Below, piece after piece: positions 50,528 to 59,379 of a stretch of DNA of 64,000 nucleotides. The notes under the pieces were generated by a model. The model made no database searches, was not told the origin of the DNA, and saw only the letters and a list, made by a program, of their open reading frames with translations. The DNA is taken from NCBI GenBank assembly GCA_001443485.1, contig LDXQ01000001.1:33107-97106 (forward strand), read 5' to 3'. Origin of the DNA: Candidatus Sysuimicrobiota bacterium CSP1-3 (GTDB lineage Bacteria; Sysuimicrobiota; Sysuimicrobiia; Sysuimicrobiales; Humicultoraceae). The first letter of the stretch is position 1. Each line of letters opens with the position of its first letter. The translations under genes and the position numbers were made by a program.

Positions 50528-50775
50528 GCGTGCTGGACGTGCTGCGGGATTTCCTCGTTAACGACCTGCACTGGGATCCCCGCCGCGCGCCGCTGACCCC
50601 CGATTTCGCGCTGATTGACAACGGCGTGGTGGATTCCATGGGGATCTTTATGCTGGTCTCCTTCCTGGAAGAGCAGTTCGCCGTGGAGGTCAAGGACGAG
50701 GAGATCGTGCCGGAGAACTTCGGCACGTTAGGCGCCATCGCGGCCTACGTGGAAAGGAAGCGGCAGCCCGCATGA
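50524..50775 (+). CDS. Acyl/peptidyl carrier protein
   Basis: 83 aa. Phosphopantetheine attachment context LIDNGVVDSMGIFMLV. ATGA overlap with the ligase. Confidence 0.7.
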   Translation: MSVLDVLRDFLVNDLHWDPRRAPLTPDFALIDNGVVDSMGIFMLVSFLEEQFAVEVKDEEIVPENFGTLGAIAAYVERKRQPA

Positions 50776-52154
50776 CCCGCGAACGTCGGAACGTTGTCGT
50801 GGTCACCTTCGACGCGGCCCGAGCCGACCGCTTCGGCTGCTACGGCTACGGCCGGCCGACGACGCCCCACGTCGACGCCTTTGCCCGGGACGCGCTGCTC
50901 TTCGAGCGCATGATCACGCCGTCGCCCTGGACGGTGCCGAGCCACGCCAGCTTCTTTACCGGCCTCTACCCGCGGGAGCACGGCGCCGACTATCCTGTGC
51001 CCATCCTGGCGCCGGGCGCGACGACGATGGCCGCGCACCTGGGCGCCTCCGGCTACAGCACCGTCCTGGTCTCAAACAATCCCCTGGTGGGCCGGACGTC
51101 CGGTCTGGCCCAGGGTGTCGGCCGGGTCCTCTCGCGGCGGGAGTTCAATCCCCGCCTGCGCCGCCGCTGGCAGCGCTGGGCGGGGAACACGCTGGGCCTG
51201 CTGGATTCGGGCGCCGCGGCGACGAACCGGGCGGTCGGGGAGTTCCTGCCGCGCCTTTCCGAGCCGTTCTTCCTTTTTATCAACTACATGGAGTGCCACT
51301 GGAAGTACCTGCCCCCGCGGCGCTTTGAGCGGCGGTTCGCCCGGCCGCGCTACTCGTTCCTCCGTTCGCTGCGGCGGCGGCTGGCCTTCCGCGGCCACTT
51401 CTCCTGGGAGGCACTGCTGCTGGGGGAGGCGGGGGACCCGGAGGCCCTGAGCGACCTCTACGACGCTGAGCTGGCCTGCGTGGACGAAGCGTTCGGGCAA
51501 CTGCTGGAGATGTTGCGGCGGACGGGAGCGGCAGAGCGCACCGTGGTCGTGGTCCTGGCCGACCACGGGGAGATGCTGGGGGAGCACGAGATGAGCGGCC
51601 ACGGCATGGCCCTCTGGCAGCCGCTCCTGCACGTCCCGTTCCTGGTGCGCATCCCCGGCCGGGGGGCGGCGCGCGTCCGCGGGATGGTGCAGTTGAACGA
51701 CGTATTCGCGGGCTTGGGCGGGGTGCTGGGTCTGCCCGTGCCGGAGGCGCTGCAGGATCGCCTCCACGGGCGGGATCCGTTCACCCTCTCGCCGAGCGAC
51801 GGCGGCCGGGAGTTCGTCTTCGCCGAGTGGCAGCAGTGGCCGGAGGAACGGATCCGGCAGCGCCGGCGGCGCAGCCCGCTGGTGGACTTCGAGCAGTGGC
51901 CGACCGCGGAGGCGGCACTCGACGGACGGTTCAAGTTGATCGCCACGGGGCGGGGCGAGGAGCAGCTCTTCGACCTGGCGAGCGACCCCGCGGAGTCGGT
52001 CGACGTACGCGCGCGGGCCCCGGAGCAGTACCGGCGGCTGCGGCGTGCGCTGGAGGAGTGGCGGGAGACCTGCCGGCCGCGGACAACCCGCGTCTTCACG
52101 CCCGAAGAGGAACGGGCCATCGCCGACCGGCTGACACAGCTGGGCTACATGTAG
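50772..52154 (+). CDS. Sulfatase / alkaline-phosphatase-superfamily hydrolase
   Basis: N-terminal VVVVTFDAARADR metal-binding motif. TPSPWTVPSHASFFTG at the formylglycine-motif position (Ser-type). Confidence 0.65.
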   Translation: MTRERRNVVVVTFDAARADRFGCYGYGRPTTPHVDAFARDALLFERMITPSPWTVPSHASFFTGLYPREHGADYPVPILAPGATTMAAHLGASGYSTVLVSNNPLVGRTSGLAQGVGRVLSRREFNPRLRRRWQRWAGNTLGLLDSGAAATNRAVGEFLPRLSEPFFLFINYMECHWKYLPPRRFERRFARPRYSFLRSLRRRLAFRGHFSWEALLLGEAGDPEALSDLYDAELACVDEAFGQLLEMLRRTGAAERTVVVVLADHGEMLGEHEMSGHGMALWQPLLHVPFLVRIPGRGAARVRGMVQLNDVFAGLGGVLGLPVPEALQDRLHGRDPFTLSPSDGGREFVFAEWQQWPEERIRQRRRRSPLVDFEQWPTAEAALDGRFKLIATGRGEEQLFDLASDPAESVDVRARAPEQYRRLRRALEEWRETCRPRTTRVFTPEEERAIADRLTQLGYM

Positions 52155-52170
52155 GCATCGGGAGTCTCTG

Positions 52171-53016
52171 ATGGCGGCGAACGTCCAACCGGAGTTCGAA
52201 ACAGTCGCGGCGGTGATCGTCACCAGAAACCGGCGGGAGAACCTGCGCCATTGTCTGGAGACGCTGCTGGCCCAGACGTACCCGCTCAGCGCCGTCTTCG
52301 TCGTGGACAACAGCAGCACGGACGGTACCGCGGAGATGGTCAAGGGGGAGTTCTCCCCGGCGATCTACCACCGGCTGCCCGACAACGTGGGGTCGGGCGG
52401 CGGGTATCGGACGGGGCTGGGCCTGGCCTTCGAGGAGGGCGCGAGCTGGCTGTGGGCCATCGACGACGAGGTGGTCCTGGAGCCGGACGTGCTGGAGCGG
52501 ATGATGGCCCGCGTGGCGCAGCCGCACCGCGTCGCCGACATCCTGCTGCCGGCGGAGTTCGACCCGCAGACCGGTCGCACCCGCGTCCACCAGGCGTGGT
52601 ACGGCCCGCTGATCCACCGCGACGTGGTGGCGGCGATCGGCCTGCCGATGGAAGAGTTCTTCTTCTGGGCGGCGGACTCAGAGTTCTTCGGCCGGGCCCG
52701 CAGCACGGGGAAGTTCAAGATTCTCCGCGCGCCGGACATCGTCGTCACGCACGACAAACGGAACCCCGACGTGCTGGAGGCGAAGCGCCACCCCAGCCGC
52801 CTCTACTATCAGACGCGGAACACGATCTACATCCGCCGGCACATCCAGCGGTCTCCCTACAAGACGGTACGCTCGCTGGTGCGGGTCGCCCTGGGGCGGG
52901 CGGCCAAGGTGATCTTCTCGCGGGAGCCGCGCAAGCTGCAAAAGACGGTGATGATTTTCCGCGGTGCGCTGGACGGCCTGCGGGGCCGGCTGGGCAAGAC
53001 CGTGGAGATCGGCTGA
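52171..53016 (+). CDS. Family 2 glycosyltransferase
   Basis: VAAVIVTRNRRENL…VFVVDNSSTDGT GT-A motifs. DxD-like WAIDDE. Confidence 0.8.
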   Translation: MAANVQPEFETVAAVIVTRNRRENLRHCLETLLAQTYPLSAVFVVDNSSTDGTAEMVKGEFSPAIYHRLPDNVGSGGGYRTGLGLAFEEGASWLWAIDDEVVLEPDVLERMMARVAQPHRVADILLPAEFDPQTGRTRVHQAWYGPLIHRDVVAAIGLPMEEFFFWAADSEFFGRARSTGKFKILRAPDIVVTHDKRNPDVLEAKRHPSRLYYQTRNTIYIRRHIQRSPYKTVRSLVRVALGRAAKVIFSREPRKLQKTVMIFRGALDGLRGRLGKTVEIG

Positions 53017-53024
53017 CGGACGCG

Positions 53025-54158
53025 GTGACCGGCGTGCTGCAGGTCATCCAACAGGGACAACTGCGGGGCGCCGAGGTCTTCGCCCTGGATCTGGCGCGGG
53101 AGCTCGCCGCCGGCTGGCGGGTTTCGCTGCTCAGCCTCTCGGCGGTGGATGACGCCTACGGCGCCGCGGCGGCCGATGCCGGCCTGCCGGTAGACGTGGC
53201 CGGTGGCGGCCGCCCGGGGCGGTTCGAACCCGGGCTGGCCTGGACGCTGCGCTCGATCATCGACCGGCGGGACTGCCGTATCGTCCAGGCGAACGGCGCC
53301 GCCACCCTCAAGTACGTGGTCGCGGCGCGGCGGCTCTCCCGCCGCCCCTGGCGCCTAGTCTATCGCGCCATCGGCATGGGATCGTACTGGCGGCGCGGGC
53401 TGACCCGACGGCTCACCTACCGCTGGCTGCTCTCGCACGCCGACCTGGTGGTGGCAGTCGGGCGCGCGGTCGCTGACGATCTGGTGCGGGGCGACCGGGT
53501 GGACCCGCGGCGCGTCGTGGTCGTCCCCAACGGGGTGCGCCCGGCACGCATTGCGAGCGCGGCCGCGGACCGGGAGCGGGTGCGGACCGCGCTGGGGGTC
53601 TCGCCTTCCGCCCATCTGCTGCTGTACGTCGGCAGCCTGACTGGGGAGAAGAACGTCGCCGCCCTCGTCGATCTTGTGGCGGCACTGCGGGGGCAGGGGC
53701 TGCCCGTGCACGCGCTGCTGCTGGGTGCGGGGAGCCTGCGTGATCACCTGGCAAACGCGGCGGCGCGCCGTGGCCTCGCGGAGGCCATCCACCTGCAGTC
53801 GCCGCAGCAGCGCCCAGGGCCATACTTCTCCGCCGCCGACCTCTTCGTGCTGCCGAGCAGCAGCGAGGGGATGCCGGCCGCGCTGATCGAGGCGGGGATG
53901 GCCGGTCTGCCCGCGGTCGCCTATGCCGTGGGCGGCGTGCCGGAGGTCGTCGAGGATCAGGTCACCGGGCGGCTGGTCCCGCCGGGCGATCAGAACCGAC
54001 TGACGCAGGCGGTCGCAGAACTGCTGCGGGACGGTATGCGGCGACGGGCGATGGGGGAGGCGGCGCGGTCGCGCTACCGGCGGTTCGAGATCTCCACCGT
54101 GGCCCGCGCCTACGGCGAGGCCTACATGACGCTGCTCCGGGAGCGGCGGTCCGCATGA
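53025..54158 (+). CDS. Family 4 glycosyltransferase (GT-B)
   Basis: C-terminal GT1/GT4 motif (LFVLPSSSEGMPAALIEAGMAGLPAVAYAVGGVPEVV). GTG start uncertain (53025 or 53034). Confidence 0.75.
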   Translation: MTGVLQVIQQGQLRGAEVFALDLARELAAGWRVSLLSLSAVDDAYGAAAADAGLPVDVAGGGRPGRFEPGLAWTLRSIIDRRDCRIVQANGAATLKYVVAARRLSRRPWRLVYRAIGMGSYWRRGLTRRLTYRWLLSHADLVVAVGRAVADDLVRGDRVDPRRVVVVPNGVRPARIASAAADRERVRTALGVSPSAHLLLYVGSLTGEKNVAALVDLVAALRGQGLPVHALLLGAGSLRDHLANAAARRGLAEAIHLQSPQQRPGPYFSAADLFVLPSSSEGMPAALIEAGMAGLPAVAYAVGGVPEVVEDQVTGRLVPPGDQNRLTQAVAELLRDGMRRRAMGEAARSRYRRFEISTVARAYGEAYMTLLRERRSA

Positions 54159-55282
54159 GCGAGGACGCACCCGTCCGGGTCATGGTGCTGATCAAAGGGC
54201 TCGGCGTGGGCGGGGCGGAGCGGCTGCTGGAGCGGGCCATCCCGTACCTCGACCGGCGGCGATACGCTTATCAGGTGGCCTACCTGCTGCCCTGGAAGAA
54301 TGCGCTGGTACCCGCATTCGAGCAGGCCGGGATTCCGGTCCACTGCCTGAGCATGCGGCGCGCCGCCGACTGGGGTGTGCTGTCACGCCTGGCTGGCTTG
54401 CTGCGACGCGAGCGGGTCGACCTGGTGCACGCGCACCTGCCGGTGCCCGGGGTGCTGGCGCGATTGATCCGGCGGCGGAGCGGCGCGCGGTGGCTGGTCT
54501 ACACCGAGCACAACGTGCCCTCCCGCTACCGCCTGCCGACGCGCCTGCTGAACGCCGCCACCTATCGGGCCAACGACGCCGTGATCGCCGTCTCGCAGGA
54601 GGTCGCCACGCGCGTGCAGCGGTACGTCCGCGGCGGACGGCCGCGGGTGGTCACGATCCCCAACGCCATCGACGCCGACGAACTGGCCGGCCAGGCGGGG
54701 AGCCGCGAGGCGGTCTGTCGGGAGTTCGGTTTTCCGCCGGACGCGCGCGTCGTGGTGCACGTGGCCAACCTGGTCCCCAAGAAGGGGCACCGCTACCTGC
54801 TGGCCGCGGCGCGCCGCGTGATCGACCACGAGCCGCGGGCGCGGTTTCTGCTGGTCGGGCTGGGGCCGCTGGCGGAGAGCCTGGCTGCGGAGGCGCGCCG
54901 CCTCGGACTGAACGGACAGGTCGTCTTCACCGGCTTTCGCCCCGATGCCGTCGCGCTGATGGGCGCGGCCGATCTGGTCGTCCTGCCCTCGGTGCACGAG
55001 GGTCTGCCGCTGACACTGCTGGAGGCGATGGCCCTGGGCCGCCCGGTGGTGGCGTCGCGCGTGGGCGGAGTCCCCGAGGTGGTCAGGTCAGGCGAGACCG
55101 GCGTCCTCGTCGAGCCCATGGACGTGGACGCTCTGGCGTCACAGATCCTCACGCTGCTCGGTGACGCGACGCTGCGGGAGCGGCTCGGCGAGGGGGCCCG
55201 GCAGCAGGTGCGGCGGCGCTACGGCATGGCGCAGATGGTCGCCGCCGTCGAAGACGTCTACCGCCAGGTGCGCGACCGATGA
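54155..55282 (+). CDS. Family 4 glycosyltransferase (GT-B)
   Basis: VMVLIKGLGVGGAERLL N-domain. C-terminal EGLPLTLLEAMALGRPVVASRVGGVPEVV. Confidence 0.85.
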   Translation: MSEDAPVRVMVLIKGLGVGGAERLLERAIPYLDRRRYAYQVAYLLPWKNALVPAFEQAGIPVHCLSMRRAADWGVLSRLAGLLRRERVDLVHAHLPVPGVLARLIRRRSGARWLVYTEHNVPSRYRLPTRLLNAATYRANDAVIAVSQEVATRVQRYVRGGRPRVVTIPNAIDADELAGQAGSREAVCREFGFPPDARVVVHVANLVPKKGHRYLLAAARRVIDHEPRARFLLVGLGPLAESLAAEARRLGLNGQVVFTGFRPDAVALMGAADLVVLPSVHEGLPLTLLEAMALGRPVVASRVGGVPEVVRSGETGVLVEPMDVDALASQILTLLGDATLRERLGEGARQQVRRRYGMAQMVAAVEDVYRQVRDR

Positions 55283-56301
55283 GCCAGCCGTTTGCCGTGC
55301 GCGCCTACCGGCCGGCGGATGAGGACGGCGTGCTGACGCTGCTGCGGCAGTCACTGGGGAACGGCCGCGCCTTTCAGCGCGACAACGCCTTCTGGCAGTG
55401 GAAGCACTTCCAGAATCCGAGCGGCGCCTCGCTGCTGATGGTCGCCGACGGAGAGGAGATCCTCGGGCTGCGCGCCTTCATGCGCTGGAAGTTCCAGGTG
55501 GACGGCCGGGCGCTCAACGCGGTGCGGGCGGTGGACACGGCGACCCATCCGGACTACCGGCGGCACGGCGTCTTCTCCACGCTGACCCGCCAGACCGTGG
55601 AGCGCGCCCAGGCGGAGGGCGTCGACCTGATCTTCAACACGCCCAATCAGTACAGCTTGCCCGGATACCTCAAGTTGGGCTGGACCTACGCGGGACGGCC
55701 GCAGGTCCTGGTGCGGGTGCTGCACCCGCTGCGGATGGTCCGCGCCCTGAGCGGGCAGGCCGAGGCCGCCGCGGAATGGCATCTTCCGGAGGGGGCCGGG
55801 CAGCCCGTAGAACGGCTGCTCGCCGATGCGGACGCGGTGCAGCGGCTGCTCGCCGAGAACGACCGGCGATGCGCGGGGCGGATCCGCACGCAGCGTTCCA
55901 TCGAGTTCCTGCGGTGGCGCTACTCGGCCGTCCCTTCGCTGACCTACTTCGCCGCCTGGCCGCCGTCGGGAGCCGACGGGGCGGCGATCGTCTTCCGTCC
56001 GACCCTGCGCCGCGGGCTGCGCGAGGTGATGCTCTGCGAAGTGCTGCTCGGGGTCGGCGGCGGGGCGGCGCTGGGCCGGGTCGTGCGCCGGCTGGCCACA
56101 TCCTGCGGGGCGGACTACCTGGCGGCGCACGCGCCCCGCGGGGCGGCGCACTGGTGGGCGCTGCTGCGCGCGGGATTCGTGCCCGTGCCGCGGGTGGGAC
56201 CGTACTTCACCGTGCGCCCGCTCAGCGCGGCGGCCGCGGCAGCCGCGCCGGCCCGCCTGCACCGCTGGCACCTGTCGCTCGGCGACCTGGAGGTGTTCTG
56301 A
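55279..56301 (+). CDS. GNAT/FemAB-like acyltransferase
   Basis: 340 aa. Acetyl-CoA-binding-like region (DYRRHGVFSTLTRQTVERAQAEGVDLIFNTPN). Resembles FemAB-family proteins of EPS loci. Confidence 0.55.
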   Translation: MSQPFAVRAYRPADEDGVLTLLRQSLGNGRAFQRDNAFWQWKHFQNPSGASLLMVADGEEILGLRAFMRWKFQVDGRALNAVRAVDTATHPDYRRHGVFSTLTRQTVERAQAEGVDLIFNTPNQYSLPGYLKLGWTYAGRPQVLVRVLHPLRMVRALSGQAEAAAEWHLPEGAGQPVERLLADADAVQRLLAENDRRCAGRIRTQRSIEFLRWRYSAVPSLTYFAAWPPSGADGAAIVFRPTLRRGLREVMLCEVLLGVGGGAALGRVVRRLATSCGADYLAAHAPRGAAHWWALLRAGFVPVPRVGPYFTVRPLSAAAAAAAPARLHRWHLSLGDLEVF

Positions 56302-56303
56302 TC

Positions 56304-58007
56304 GTGTCCCGTCCCCGCCTGCTCATCGTCGGCATCGACGGCGCCACCTGGAAACTCATGCGTCCCTGGATCGAGGACGGATCGCTGCCCACCCTGGCGG
56401 ATCTGGTCCGCCGCGGGAGCTCGGGGCAGCTGCTTTCCGTGCCGAACATGCACAGCCCCGCCGCCTGGACCTCCTTCATGACCGGCACGAACCCCGGGAA
56501 GCACGGCATCTTCTTCTTCAGCGAGCGCGCCCCCGGGAGCTACCAGCTGCGGCCGATCAACGGCGGCCGCCGCGAGGGGAAGACGATGTGGCGGCTGCTC
56601 AGTGACGGCGGGTTCCGCGTCGGCGTCCTCAACGTCCCCATGACCTACCCCGCCGAGTCCCTGGGAGAGGGCTTCATGATCGCGGGGATGGACGCCCCCC
56701 GAGCGACGAGTGCACGATTCACTCATCCGGAGACGCTGGCCGTCGAGATCGAGCAGCATGTGAGGCGGGGCGTACTACAGACCGGATTGATCTCCGGCGC
56801 GATCGGCACCGACATCGTGCGGGGCCGGTACGCGCAGGCGGGGAAGACGCTGGTGGAGCGGGTGAACCTGCGCACCGCCGTCTGCGACTACCTGCTGCGT
56901 ACGCGGCCCACCGATGTGTTCGCCGTTGTCTACACGGAGACCGACGGCGCGCAGCACTTCTTCTGGCGCTTCGTCGATCCCAGCCACCCCGACTACCGGC
57001 CCGGGGAGGCCGTCCGCTACGGCGCGGTCATTCGCGATGTGTACCGGGCGATCGACCGCGGGGTGGCCGGTATGATGGCGCGACACAAACCCGACGCCGT
57101 CCTGATCGTCTCCGACCACGGCTTCGGGCCGGCCTTCGGCCCGCAGGGCAGCATGCAATTCCTGCAGCTGTTACTCGAAGCGCTGGGCTTCATGGTGCCG
57201 CTGCACGAGGGGCTGACCGAGAACGCGGCGCCGGCCCGCCGCAGCGGCCTGCACCGCCGGGTACTGCGGCAGATCCTCTCCGCCGCGCCCTGGGTCCTGC
57301 CGCAGAACATGCGCACGCTGCTGCGGCGCGTGCCCGGGGTGCGGGCGGTACGGCGCAGCGCCGGGTACCGGCTGGACTGGGCCCGCAGCCGGGCCTTCTG
57401 CGCCGGGTGTCCCGGCGAGGTCTTCGTCAACCTCCGCGGCCGTGAGCCCGAAGGGTGCGTCGAGCCGGGCGTGGAGTACGAGCGCGTACGGGAGGAGATC
57501 ATTGCCGCCCTCGGCCGCTGCCGCGACGCCGACGGCCGGCCGATTATCGCCGAGATCCGCAGGCGGGAGGAGCTCTACCACGGCCCGCACGCGGACAAGG
57601 CCGGCGACCTGTTCGTCCGCCTGGTGGACCGGGCGATCACCTCCGTCTCGCTGGACGGGAAGGTGATCGAGATCCCGCGCCGCCTGCTCGGCCGGCGTCG
57701 CGTGCGCAGCGGGTTCCACCGCCCCGAGGGGATCTTCATCTTGGCCGGGGCGGGCATCCAGCAGGGCGCGGCCCTGGAAGGGTTGCGCCTCTACGACGTG
57801 GCGCCGACGGTCCTGTATTACCTGGGGCTGCCCATCCCCGCGGCGCTGGACGGCCGGGTGGCGCTGGAGGCCTTCGCCGCCTCCTTCACCGCGGCCCGCC
57901 CGCCGTCGTATGTCGACGACCGCCAGGAGGGCGGCCCAGAGGTGGTCTACTCCCTCGAGGAAGCGGGAGCGGTGGAAGAACGTCTGCGCGATCTGGGGTA
58001 TTTGTGA
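56304..58007 (+). CDS. Alkaline-phosphatase-superfamily enzyme (type I phosphodiesterase/nucleotide pyrophosphatase or sulfatase-like)
   Basis: GTG after the upstream TGA. LLIVGIDGATW…SVPNMHSPAAWTSFMTG…VIVSDHGFGP are AlkP-core metal-ligand motifs. Confidence 0.6.
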   Translation: MSRPRLLIVGIDGATWKLMRPWIEDGSLPTLADLVRRGSSGQLLSVPNMHSPAAWTSFMTGTNPGKHGIFFFSERAPGSYQLRPINGGRREGKTMWRLLSDGGFRVGVLNVPMTYPAESLGEGFMIAGMDAPRATSARFTHPETLAVEIEQHVRRGVLQTGLISGAIGTDIVRGRYAQAGKTLVERVNLRTAVCDYLLRTRPTDVFAVVYTETDGAQHFFWRFVDPSHPDYRPGEAVRYGAVIRDVYRAIDRGVAGMMARHKPDAVLIVSDHGFGPAFGPQGSMQFLQLLLEALGFMVPLHEGLTENAAPARRSGLHRRVLRQILSAAPWVLPQNMRTLLRRVPGVRAVRRSAGYRLDWARSRAFCAGCPGEVFVNLRGREPEGCVEPGVEYERVREEIIAALGRCRDADGRPIIAEIRRREELYHGPHADKAGDLFVRLVDRAITSVSLDGKVIEIPRRLLGRRRVRSGFHRPEGIFILAGAGIQQGAALEGLRLYDVAPTVLYYLGLPIPAALDGRVALEAFAASFTAARPPSYVDDRQEGGPEVVYSLEEAGAVEERLRDLGYL

Positions 58008-58071
58008 GCGGGCATTCCGTGATGGGCACTCGCACGTGGCGTGCACTCCAGGGTGAGAGGTGGGTCCGATT

Positions 58072-59379
58072 ATGAGCGCGTGGCCGCAACGGCGTCCGCA
58101 AGTCCAGTGGGTGCTCTTCTTGCTCCCCGTCCTGCTGCTGCTGGCCTGGGTTGGGGGAGACCTGCTGGCGGTGAAGGGGGTCGAGACGCTCCGGGCAACG
58201 GTCATCCTCACCATTCTGTCGCTGGCGTCGCTGCTGATCTTCTGGATGGCGACGCGGGCGGAGCCGCAGGGGCGCATCCTCTTCAACGTACTGCTGGCGA
58301 GCTTCGGGCTGAAGCTGTTCGCCGCCTGGTTTCGCTTCTACGCCCACCTGCTGGCCGACGCCTTCGTCTACAGCGAGACGGGGGCGGAGATCGCCGAGCA
58401 GTTGAGCCGCGGCCAGTGGCCGGCGCTCCCCGACTACACCGGCACGGAGTTCGTCCGCCTCCTCACGGGGCTGGTCTATTTCGTCACGGGCCCCACCACC
58501 TACGGCGCGACGATCCTCTGGGCCTGGATCGGGCTGCTGGGGATGCTCTTCTTCTATAAGGCCTTCACCACGGCGTTCCCCAACGGGGACCGGCGCCTCT
58601 TCATGCTGATGATCTTCTTCTACCCCTCCATGCTGCTGTGGACCAGCAGCATCAGCAAAGACGCGCTGGTCGTCTTCTCGCTGGGCATGGCCGCCTACGG
58701 CACCGCCCGGATGAAGAACCGGATTGACTTCCCGGCGCTCTGGTGGCTGGCGGTGGGCACCACCGGCATGCTGGTGGTGCGGCCGCATATCGCCGGCGTC
58801 TTCGTCGTGGCCCTGGCGGCCTTTGCGCTGACCCGGCCCATCCGCGCCGGCATGATGACGCCGGTGATCCGCCTCTTTAGCCTCCTCCTCTTCGTGGCCA
58901 TCGCCGTGGCGGTGGTCCGTACCGCCGCCGGGTTCGTCCGGTTAGAGAGCCTGGCCGCCCAGGACGTGCTCGAGTTCATCGAAGTGCGCCGCGAACGCAC
59001 TATGCAGGGCGGCTCCGCCTTCGAGCAGGTGAACCCCACGACCCCGTCCGGCCTTGCCCTGGCCATCCCCACGGTGCTCTTCCGGCCGTTTCCCTGGGAG
59101 GCCAACAACGTCTTCGCCCTCGTCGCCGCGCTGGAGGGGCTGGGGCTGTTCGTGCTGATCGTCTATCGCTGGCGCAGCGTGGTGGCGGCGCTCGCCGGCA
59201 GCCCGCGGGATGGGTATCTGCTGATGATGCTCGTCTATTCCCTGCTCTTCATTTTCTTCTTCTCGGCGATCGCCAACTTCGGCATCATCGCCCGGCAGCG
59301 GGTGCAGTTGTTCCCCTTCATCTTCATGATGATCGCCTATCTGGCCGCGCGCCCGCGCCGCCAGCGGAGCGTGGCCTGA
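58072..59379 (+). CDS. O-antigen ligase/polymerase-like membrane protein (Wzy_C-type)
   Basis: About 10-12 TM segments. Conserved Arg/His-containing loop (LVVRPHIAGVF) typical of the Wzy_C family. Confidence 0.55.
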   Translation: MSAWPQRRPQVQWVLFLLPVLLLLAWVGGDLLAVKGVETLRATVILTILSLASLLIFWMATRAEPQGRILFNVLLASFGLKLFAAWFRFYAHLLADAFVYSETGAEIAEQLSRGQWPALPDYTGTEFVRLLTGLVYFVTGPTTYGATILWAWIGLLGMLFFYKAFTTAFPNGDRRLFMLMIFFYPSMLLWTSSISKDALVVFSLGMAAYGTARMKNRIDFPALWWLAVGTTGMLVVRPHIAGVFVVALAAFALTRPIRAGMMTPVIRLFSLLLFVAIAVAVVRTAAGFVRLESLAAQDVLEFIEVRRERTMQGGSAFEQVNPTTPSGLALAIPTVLFRPFPWEANNVFALVAALEGLGLFVLIVYRWRSVVAALAGSPRDGYLLMMLVYSLLFIFFFSAIANFGIIARQRVQLFPFIFMMIAYLAARPRRQRSVA

